From positions 832,001 to 896,000 of the forward strand of contig OZ219871.1 in assembly GCA_964291495.2 (NCBI GenBank): 64,000 nt of DNA. Reading direction: 5' to 3'. The number at the start of each line of letters is the position of its first letter. The first letter of the stretch is position 1. This DNA comes from Dehalococcoidia bacterium. GTDB lineage: Bacteria; Chloroflexota; Dehalococcoidia; UBA2979. Under the pieces are notes generated by a model. It was not told the origin of the DNA. It did no database searches and saw only the letters and a list, made by a program, of their open reading frames with translations. Shown here one piece after another: positions 9,583-17,145 of this stretch. The position numbers were made by a program, and so were the translations under genes.

Positions 9583-10689
9583 GTGCCCGGTCCGGGTCGA
9601 GGAGCTGTGGCAGGCACGCCGGTGAGCGGGGGGTACGGAGAGGTTGGGCACGAGACGGGAGCCGCCGGCGGGGTGGCCACGGCCAACGCGCTCCTGGCCT
9701 CTCCGCCGCCACCCGACGTCGCCCCAACGGGCCATTCGCGGCCGGGTGCTGCGGCCCTGACCACGTCTGACGTTGACAACCTCAACGCGGTTCTTGACCA
9801 CGAAGTCGCCCGAAGCACCCTCAGGAACTACCGGGTCCAGTGGAAGAACTTCATCGCTTGGACGCTCAGGAAGGGCGTCTCGGCGCTCCCTGCCGACTCG
9901 GCGCAAGTCGCGGCGTACCTGGCCGAGCGGATCGAGGAGCAGGGACACAAACCGGCAACACTGCGGGTGGCTGCCTCCGCGATTGCCTTCGTGCATAAGA
10001 CGGCCGGCATGGGCGATCCCTGCGCTGGGCAGGAGGTGAAGAGGACACTCAAGGGCGCAACGCGGAAGGCGGGGCGATCGCAGAAGCAGGCGGAGGGGCT
10101 GACGGCCGACGCCCTGGCCGCGATCCAATCGACGGCTCGCAATCCAAGGACGGGCAGAGGAGGGAGGCTCGAGAGTCAAGGCACCGCCGAGAGCAGGGGG
10201 AACCTGGACATTGCGCTCATCAGCCTCATGCGCGACGCCATGCTGAGGGTGTCGGAAGCGGCCGCGTTGACATGGAACGACATTCGGACTGCGCGCGACG
10301 GGACGGGCCGCCTCCTGATCCGCCAGTCCAAGACGGACCCAGAGGGGGAGGGCGCGGTCGCGTTCGTATCGGCGCCCACAATGGCGATGCTTCGATTGAT
10401 ACGCCGAGGCGCGACCGACACCGACCGTGTATTCGGCCTTCGGCCCAACCAGATATCGAGGCGGATCAAGCAGGCGGCGCAGGTGGCGGGGCTCGGCAAT
10501 GGCTTCAGCGGCCACTCACCGCGGGTGGGCATGGCGCAGGATCTGGCGAGAGCGGGGATCGAACTACCGAGCTTGATGACTGCGGGGCGCTGGCGCACTC
10601 CCGCCATGCCGGCGCATTACACGCGCAATGAGTCTGCCGGCAGAGGGGCCGTGGCGCAGTTCTACGACACACACGCCCATCTGGCCTGA
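9583..10689 (+). CDS. Cre-like tyrosine recombinase (start uncertain)
   Basis: Catalytic set LRVSE (R), SKTD (K), GHSPR (HxxR), GRW (W as in Cre), AHY (Y); N-terminal SAM-like domain. Confidence 0.9.
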   Translation: MPGPGRGAVAGTPVSGGYGEVGHETGAAGGVATANALLASPPPPDVAPTGHSRPGAAALTTSDVDNLNAVLDHEVARSTLRNYRVQWKNFIAWTLRKGVSALPADSAQVAAYLAERIEEQGHKPATLRVAASAIAFVHKTAGMGDPCAGQEVKRTLKGATRKAGRSQKQAEGLTADALAAIQSTARNPRTGRGGRLESQGTAESRGNLDIALISLMRDAMLRVSEAAALTWNDIRTARDGTGRLLIRQSKTDPEGEGAVAFVSAPTMAMLRLIRRGATDTDRVFGLRPNQISRRIKQAAQVAGLGNGFSGHSPRVGMAQDLARAGIELPSLMTAGRWRTPAMPAHYTRNESAGRGAVAQFYDTHAHLA

Positions 10690-10805
10690 CGGGGTGCACA
10701 CGCACTGCTGACCCCCGTTCGGTGAGCGGCGAGCGCAGGCCAATCCCGGACCGGACAACGAACTAGCGGTGGCGCGGAGGTCCATCAGATGGATCGATCA
10801 GATGG

Positions 10806-10886
10806 TTGCCCGCGCTGGTGGCTCCATGCTAGGTTGCTGTCATTGACGCCCTTACCGGTGGAGCATAGGAGGGGGCCAAAGCGATG
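10806..10886 (+). promoter_or_regulatory. Putative promoter, RBS and ATG inside the invertible segment
   Basis: TTGCCC-18 bp-TAGGTT with extended TG; AGGAGG at 10867-10872; ATG at 10884. Confidence 0.55.
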
Positions 10887-10908
10887 TATAACTCCATTTA
10901 TACGCTCT
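10881..10908. promoter_or_regulatory. Putative tyrosine recombinase site, right (inverted relative to left)
   Basis: GCGATGTATAA-CTCCAT-TTATACGCTCT; the 14-bp core 10888-10901 is the exact reverse complement of 9350-9363. Confidence 0.8.
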
Positions 10909-11176
10909 GACATTTACGGAATAAATGCGAAGAAGAGTTTCTCGAAGTGACTGAATTGGCCTCACCACCGCGCTCCTTCCGAAGCTGGTCGTAGACCTCC
11001 TTTAGGACTCCCTTCTATCTTACTACGTGACATATAAAGCAGGGGTAACCGAGTCACAAAACGGCGGTAAACAAGACGGTGCCTTGCGTGGAACACGAGG
11101 CTCCGAGGAGCCGACGGCAAGTTCCCGCTGGTTGCCTCGCCGAACCCTGAGGGGCGAACCTACTGCCCGGCGCTTC

Positions 11177-11545
11177 TCACGCTCCGCTCCGCCTTCTCTT
11201 CCGGCGTTGCGCACGCACGAACCTGATGAAGTCGTGGATCGACTCGATGTCCTCTGGCGGGAGGCCGGCCACAGCGTCGCGGAATGACACCTCCGCCGCT
11301 TTGAGCAACTCCGACTCGACCACGGATTGCCCAAGGAGTTGGTCCGCGCTCGTCTCGCAGTGGAAGGCCACCTCGACGAGGTGCTCGTGCTGGGGCTTCA
11401 TGCGGCCTGCCTCCCAGGCCCATACGGTGTGCGAGGCCACGCCGACGAGCTCGGCGAGTTGTCGCTGAGTCAGCCCCACCTGCTTGCGTGCCTCGCGGAT
11501 ACGCCCTCCCAGGGCCTTCCAGCGGTAGCCACGGTCCCGGGTCAT
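11177..11545 (-). CDS. XRE/Cro-C1 HTH repressor (ImmR-like)
   Basis: LGGRIREARKQVGLTQRQLAELVGV...WE.GR..P; AGGAG RBS. Confidence 0.85.
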   Translation of the reverse strand: MTRDRGYRWKALGGRIREARKQVGLTQRQLAELVGVASHTVWAWEAGRMKPQHEHLVEVAFHCETSADQLLGQSVVESELLKAAEVSFRDAVAGLPPEDIESIHDFIRFVRAQRRKRRRSGA

Positions 11546-11598
11546 GCGTGGGGGCTCCTGCATCCTTCGCCTCGCCAGAAGACGCTCTCCAAGATGAT

Positions 11599-11612
11599 AG
11601 AACACGCGTTCT
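11599..11612. promoter_or_regulatory. LexA (SOS) box, GAAC-N4-GTTC type
   Basis: AGAAC-ACGC-GTTCT with perfectly inverted arms, touching the -35 hexamer. Confidence 0.7.
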
Positions 11613-11640
11613 TGACAGGCACTGTGTCCTTACATACAGT
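11612..11640 (+). promoter_or_regulatory. Sigma70 promoter for the HTH gene trio
   Basis: TTGACA-17 bp-TACAGT; ACAGT/ACTGT inverted repeats overlap it (possible repressor operators). Confidence 0.75.
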
Positions 11641-11685
11641 AGCACACTGTCCAGACGCAGATCATCGAGGAGCCTACGCACCGCC

Positions 11686-11928
11686 ATGCGCCGCCGCCGA
11701 GCAGTGGTGACACTCAAGCCCGAACCGCTCTGGGAGCGATTGGCCGTCCTCGGCCGCTCCCAGAACTGGCTTGCGCGTGAGGCGGGCATCAGCCCCGGCT
11801 ACCTCTCCATGCTGGTCAACGGCAAGCGCGCACCATCGGGCCGCCTCCGTAGGCGGCTGCTGCATATCCTCGAGGTGGAGGACTTCCATGAGTTGTTCGC
11901 CCTCCGGACGCCGGCCGACGACTCGTAG
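11686..11928 (+). CDS. XRE HTH protein (Cro-like)
   Basis: SQNWLAREAGISPGYLSMLVNGKRAPS. Confidence 0.8.
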   Translation: MRRRRAVVTLKPEPLWERLAVLGRSQNWLAREAGISPGYLSMLVNGKRAPSGRLRRRLLHILEVEDFHELFALRTPADDS

Positions 11929-11962
11929 GGCCGCTCCCCGGCTGCCCCGCTACAGCGGCCCC

Positions 11963-12238
11963 GTGATCGCCGGGCGTCGCGTGCCCTACGGCAGGGGCGA
12001 GTTGCCGGAGGACTTCCCGGACCGGCTTGAGCGCTTGAAGCGGGCCAGCGGCCTGAGCTGGGACGCGTTCGCGGAAGCCGCGGGTGTCGAACGCAAGCAG
12101 GTCCTCCGCTGGCGCCGGGGAACCGAGCCGAGCGGCAGCGCCTACCACGCTCTTGTCGAGCTGGCCCGCTGGATCCCTGGTGGCATCGAGATCCTCTTGG
12201 GCGAGGACTTCCTCGCACCCCGGACCGGAGCCAAGTGA
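11963..12238 (+). CDS. XRE HTH protein (start uncertain)
   Basis: DFPDRLERLKRASGLSWDAFAEAAGV...RWRRGTEPS. Confidence 0.7.
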   Translation: MIAGRRVPYGRGELPEDFPDRLERLKRASGLSWDAFAEAAGVERKQVLRWRRGTEPSGSAYHALVELARWIPGGIEILLGEDFLAPRTGAK

Positions 12239-12501
12239 TGCCGCGTCGCCGACCGCGTCCCCGGCGGGCCTCCTACGTGTACCCCAACGACTTCGGGCAG
12301 AGCCTGGAGCGAATCAAACAGGCGTCGGGCCTCACCTGGGCGGAGCTCGCCCGTCAGCTCGGGACCACCACGCTCAACCTCTGGCGCTGGCGCAAGGGCG
12401 TGCATCCCAGTAGCCGCCACTTGCTCGCCCTCCAGGACCTCGCACGCCGCCTGGACCTCGCACACCTGCTGCCGAGAGCGAGGATCCGCAGGCGATTGTG
12501 A
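12235..12501 (+). CDS. XRE HTH protein, paralog of the preceding gene
   Basis: DFGQSLERIKQASGLTWAELARQLG...RWRKGVHPS. Confidence 0.75.
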   Translation: MMPRRRPRPRRASYVYPNDFGQSLERIKQASGLTWAELARQLGTTTLNLWRWRKGVHPSSRHLLALQDLARRLDLAHLLPRARIRRRL

Positions 12502-12595
12502 ACATGAGCAGCACCATGCCCTCAGGCTGGGTCGCGCGAGGAGCACTTGCCGTCGGTCTTGGGGAACCGAAAGACAGGCGACGCGCCACCCCCGT

Positions 12596-14191
12596 TCATT
12601 CTGCAGGGGTGGTGAACGCGCGTTTCAATACCGCGTCCAGGTCTCTCCGGAACCCACCCTCGCGCCCAGCGACCGCTCCTAGAGCGGCAACGTCGTCCCC
12701 GAAAGGTTGACTTGGCCCCGGATAGAGGATGGCTGCGTACTCAACCACTCGCTGATCATCCTCTCCGCGTATTGCGTCGCGGTAGGCATGCATCTTGTCG
12801 ATGTCGGACTTCTTGGGACGTCCGGTCAAGCCCTCTTCGTCGTCATCGCGGTCTTCGCTGTCGAGCTTGTACTTGGGGTCGAACACGAACAGCCGTGGGG
12901 CCGAGTCGAACGCTCGAACTTCGAGAACGATATCGGGGCGCTGGGGGAAGCTCACCGAGCGCGGCCATCTGGTCCGACCGAATGTCCGCTCATGTGTGAG
13001 GGTTGCCTCCGTGCCTGACTCGTCATGCCGGTACCGCACGAGCGGCCTGCCCCCGGGAAGCACTTCAATGAAGAGTGCCGCTTGCCGCCGGCGGGACAGG
13101 CGCTCCTCAACAACTCGGAAGCCTCGTTCACCAGCCGCCTGGGTCACCGCGTCGACCAGCTCGAGCAAGCACCACCGCTGGTAGAGGTATGGGAGATTCT
13201 CCAAAGGGGCGTCGAGCGCATCGTCTTCAAGATGCACAGCGACGCTGCGTCGGAATTCGACCAGTCCGTCGAGAACGGCGCGATACTCGGGTCGATTGAG
13301 GAGCACCATCGTTAGGACGATGGGGAGGTCGCGAGGTGTATCAACCTCTGCCAGGAATGTGGCGGCACGCTCAGCGCTCCGGAGCTCGTTGCCCAGCGCC
13401 TCGAGCTCGGCGAGCACTGCCTCACGCTCGACGACCTCGGCGAGAAGTCGCCGGATCCTCGTTGCAACCTCTCGGGCGAAGGTCTTCAGGAGCCGGTTCT
13501 CGTACACATCGGCCGTGTGTCTGACTCGCTGATCGATGAGCTTGCGCAGCTCACCCTCTTCATTGACGTTGCCGGCTGCGGCAACGGCCAATGCAAGGCG
13601 TGCTGGTTGGGGGCGGCGGACGCGGTCCGCTCGCATCCATACGTCGTCGTTGCGGAAGATGCGATACGGATCTCGCGAGATGCTTCGGAGCGCTTGTGCT
13701 AGCCCCGGTCGTCCGGACGTCCCGCGTACAGCCCGCCGCAAGCGCAGGAGCTCCTGCGCAAGCGTGGACTCGCGACGCGGAAGCAATCGCAGTCCTTGCA
13801 GTGCCCCTAGGCGCTGGAGCCCGACCGCGATCGACGTTGGCAAACCTGACTCCAGAGCGTCTATCGTGCCCGCAAGAGCTTCTCTGTTCAGCTTCCCTGA
13901 CCGAATGGTGAAGGCGATCGAAGCCGAACCGGATGGCGACTCAAGCTCGATGAGGTAGTTGCCTGGCCCCGAGCGCGGCCACTCGACAGACACCCCGCCC
14001 TTCCAGGAGGGGGTCGCCTTCGCACTGCCGAACGCCTCTCCCTGCAGTTTGAGTTGCGCGCCCTGTGCTTCCCACTCCTCTGGGGTGACGCCTACCTCGA
14101 GCGTCGACGGCTCCCACTCACGGGGAGTGTCTATCGGCTGGCCCGACGCATCGACAAACCTCAGCTCAGGCGAAGTAGCTGACTGAACCAT
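12596..14191 (-). CDS. McrC-like nuclease (DUF2357 + PD-(D/E)XK)
   Basis: DVYENR, LYQRWC, RPDIVL..FDPKYK, KMHAYRDAI motifs; overlaps the McrB-like gene. Confidence 0.85.
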   Translation of the reverse strand: MVQSATSPELRFVDASGQPIDTPREWEPSTLEVGVTPEEWEAQGAQLKLQGEAFGSAKATPSWKGGVSVEWPRSGPGNYLIELESPSGSASIAFTIRSGKLNREALAGTIDALESGLPTSIAVGLQRLGALQGLRLLPRRESTLAQELLRLRRAVRGTSGRPGLAQALRSISRDPYRIFRNDDVWMRADRVRRPQPARLALAVAAAGNVNEEGELRKLIDQRVRHTADVYENRLLKTFAREVATRIRRLLAEVVEREAVLAELEALGNELRSAERAATFLAEVDTPRDLPIVLTMVLLNRPEYRAVLDGLVEFRRSVAVHLEDDALDAPLENLPYLYQRWCLLELVDAVTQAAGERGFRVVEERLSRRRQAALFIEVLPGGRPLVRYRHDESGTEATLTHERTFGRTRWPRSVSFPQRPDIVLEVRAFDSAPRLFVFDPKYKLDSEDRDDDEEGLTGRPKKSDIDKMHAYRDAIRGEDDQRVVEYAAILYPGPSQPFGDDVAALGAVAGREGGFRRDLDAVLKRAFTTPAE

Positions 14192-16427
14192 GCTCGTTGA
14201 AACGAATGCGCATGCGGCGTGCCTTTTCCGCACTCAGCGGGAAGCGCTCCCCGCATAGTTCGATGAAGCCCGCCAAGGATTGCTCGATACGTGGGTCGAT
14301 GCCGTGTACCTTCGGCAGCAGCTTCTGAAGCATCTGTTCGTCGAGAGCTGCCTCAACTTCCACCCCGATCGCCTCGGCTTCTTCTACGTAGTTTGTAATG
14401 TCGTCGATCACCCTGAACGCGAACGGCGCGACCTCATGCAGCGTGTCCCACGCAGACAGCAAGGCTTCGGCAAGCGGCGAGTCGCCAAGGTGCCCCTGAA
14501 TCGCCTCTCGCGGCGCTTCAAGTTCAACCAGCTGTGCCCGGTCGTAGACTTTGTCGGCGAACCCATGTGTGGTCTCGTCCACGTTGACGGTGCCGACGAA
14601 CCGGAGGTTCGGCGTGAGCCACACTTGCTCCTCTCCCAACTGGAGGGCCACCTTCGTCTCGCGTTGCCGGACTTCGAGCGCGGAGAGGAAGGTCGCGAAG
14701 TAATACTCAACGCGCGCAAGATTCATCTCGTCGAGCACGAGGTAGTAGGGAACCGCCTTCCGGCCCGCCGCATTCGCTGACTCCCACTCGTTGCCCGCTC
14801 TCCGTAGGAAGTCGCTGAACTCTGTGTCGTAGTAGGCCTCCCGAAGCGGGTTGAAATAGCCGAGCAGGTCCTCGTTCGTCGTCCAGTTGGGGGCCACCGC
14901 AACAAGGCACTGTTCGCCGGCGACAGCGCGCGCGTATGCCTGTGCGAGCCAAGTCTTCCCGGTCCCGGAAATGCCAGAGAGGATTACGAAGCCACGAGAC
15001 CGCAGCGACAAGTGCAAGCGTCGAAGCGTTCGGTCACTGATGACGAGACCCTCAGCGTCGATGCGCGACCGAATCGTTTCAAGGTCCGGCTCAACATAGT
15101 CAGCTGCCGCTTCACTCTGAACCTCTGGGTCGATCGAAACGCCCTCAGCGAGCTGCCGGAAACTGTCAGAAACCTTGGAGGCGAAGCCTTCAGAGAGCGG
15201 GTACAGATACCCCTGGTTGACGGAGCCGCGCCGATTGAATGGCCCGCGCTCCTCCTGACGCCACTCGATCGGTATGTCTCGCAGCGACACGGGGTCACTG
15301 AGTGCTTCCACGTGTACCTGGGCAAGCCTGCCATCGGGTTGCCACCCCTCCTTGGCCAACGCCGCGGGGATCTGCGAAAGCTCAGCGGCCTCTGCAACAC
15401 TCGAGACCGCTCGGATGTGCCCCGCCCAGTAATGGAAGACCCTATCGCCGACCGTAAGGTCGGCCATGTTCCGATGATGAGCTAGCTCCCTATCGCCCGA
15501 CTTGACCGGGGCCCACAAGTAACCCCCCTCGATCTCTTGTTCGTGCGTACCTCCTTGGTTCACCCACCAGTGGCGCCTCACGTGATCCGTCGACGGCTTG
15601 TCCTCGACGGCCTCTCGCTTCACTCGCTCCACCGTATGGACAAACTTCGACACATCACCCTGGACCTGCCCGCCGTCGAGGTCCGTGACCAAGGCGAATC
15701 TCCTGTTCTCTCCACCATCGTCGGCGACAATCTCGGAACCTTCGTAGCCGTCCCAGAAGGCACCGGGGCCGATTCCTGCTCGTCCTCCTCCAATCCGGCC
15801 TCGGTGAAGGAGTAGCGTATGTCCGGACTCAACCTCGCGTGCGAAGCATCCACCGATCCGCCGGTTCACCCCCGCAAGTGGTGAGTTCACCTCGCAGGTA
15901 ATCGAGGTCATGCCGCCGGGGCTTGGCTCCGAGGTCCCAAGCGCGTTCCAAAACCGGTTTCCCTCCGGCGCGACGCGGGACGCTAGCCAGACACTCTCGG
16001 CCGCAAGCCAGTAGGCAGTCTCCTCGACGGAGCCGCCCTGGAAGCCGAAGCGAACACCGTCGATCGGGACGGTTCCCCGCCGGAAGGCTCGGGCGAATGC
16101 TTCCTGAGCCTCTTGTATCTCGTCCACTGCCGAAAGCACGACCGCCGTAGGCGAGTCGAGCTGCGCAAGATTTGCCCTGGCGGCAGCGACGTCTTCGAAG
16201 TTCCAGAACTCGTAACCATTCGTGTTCGGAGAGGCGCGGCCTGGGTTGGCGCGGGTAATGACTGCCATAGCCGCGCCACTTGGCGAGGTGTAGGCACCAA
16301 CGCCATCAACCTCGTATTGACTGCCACCGCCAGGTCCGCGGACGATCCGACACCGATATTCGCTGCCCATGTACCCGGCGACCAGGACTACTCCGGGCGC
16401 TAGGAGTGAGCGTTCTTCTTGCTTCAT
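14166..16427 (-). CDS. McrB-like AAA+ GTPase with N-terminal RAMA-like and EVE/PUA-like domains
   Basis: GISGTGKT, LDEMNLAR, GTVNVDE (NxD), DRA; SPSGAA...NGYEFW; WWVNQG...GGYLWAP. Confidence 0.85.
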   Translation of the reverse strand: MKQEERSLLAPGVVLVAGYMGSEYRCRIVRGPGGGSQYEVDGVGAYTSPSGAAMAVITRANPGRASPNTNGYEFWNFEDVAAARANLAQLDSPTAVVLSAVDEIQEAQEAFARAFRRGTVPIDGVRFGFQGGSVEETAYWLAAESVWLASRVAPEGNRFWNALGTSEPSPGGMTSITCEVNSPLAGVNRRIGGCFAREVESGHTLLLHRGRIGGGRAGIGPGAFWDGYEGSEIVADDGGENRRFALVTDLDGGQVQGDVSKFVHTVERVKREAVEDKPSTDHVRRHWWVNQGGTHEQEIEGGYLWAPVKSGDRELAHHRNMADLTVGDRVFHYWAGHIRAVSSVAEAAELSQIPAALAKEGWQPDGRLAQVHVEALSDPVSLRDIPIEWRQEERGPFNRRGSVNQGYLYPLSEGFASKVSDSFRQLAEGVSIDPEVQSEAAADYVEPDLETIRSRIDAEGLVISDRTLRRLHLSLRSRGFVILSGISGTGKTWLAQAYARAVAGEQCLVAVAPNWTTNEDLLGYFNPLREAYYDTEFSDFLRRAGNEWESANAAGRKAVPYYLVLDEMNLARVEYYFATFLSALEVRQRETKVALQLGEEQVWLTPNLRFVGTVNVDETTHGFADKVYDRAQLVELEAPREAIQGHLGDSPLAEALLSAWDTLHEVAPFAFRVIDDITNYVEEAEAIGVEVEAALDEQMLQKLLPKVHGIDPRIEQSLAGFIELCGERFPLSAEKARRMRIRFNEHGSVSYFA

Positions 16428-16784
16428 GGCAATGTCCGGTCAGCGGCATACAGAGGCCGCGGCAGTCAGCAGCGTACCGGTTGGGACTGCGGAAACGCGA
16501 GCGTCTGACGGAGCCAGCGCCGCATGCACGAGTACCAGAGTGCTCCGACCCTGCCGTTGCTGTGCTCAAGCCTCGCGGCGTGGGGAGGGCACTTCAGCTA
16601 TGAAGTCCCTCGCGGGGGATTCCTCTCGCGTGCCCGCTGCGCGACGCTCGCCATTCACGTTCGGAAGGCGACACGACGGATGTGTTCACTGTCGGACTCA
16701 TCAAACGGGGGCGAGAGCAGCGACATGGAGGAGACGCAGAACTCCGGGCACCCGAGCGCCGGCGACGAAGCGTCCGAGGACGAG

Positions 16785-16964
16785 ATGACAGGACCGGTGG
16801 CGCCGAATCGCTATGCGGTCGTGCTCAAGACCGAGTGGCGGACCGGCCCCCGCACCCGCGCCTGGGACGAACTGTGGCGCTGGCTGCTCTCAGACGCTCT
16901 CCCTGACCCTCGTCAGTCCGGCATCCCTCGGTCTGATGGCGATGGGGAGCAGGACACGGCCTAA
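16785..16964 (+). CDS. Small hypothetical protein upstream of the serine integrase (start uncertain)
   Basis: GAGGA RBS + ATG; AWDELWRWLL helix. Confidence 0.4.
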   Translation: MTGPVAPNRYAVVLKTEWRTGPRTRAWDELWRWLLSDALPDPRQSGIPRSDGDGEQDTA

Positions 16965-17145
16965 CCGCTCCCGAACTCTCGCGGTCCGGTTGCCCGGAGG
17001 CTTTGGGCAGCGCGAGCCTTGCATCGTCCCGTGGCCTGGTGAACGATTGGGTCCGACCTCCCCGAGTATCGAGTCGGCTGGCACCAGAGGGCTCAGGTGC
17101 ACGAACGAGCAGCGAGAAGCCCCGGCCTCAACATGGGAGATGGCA

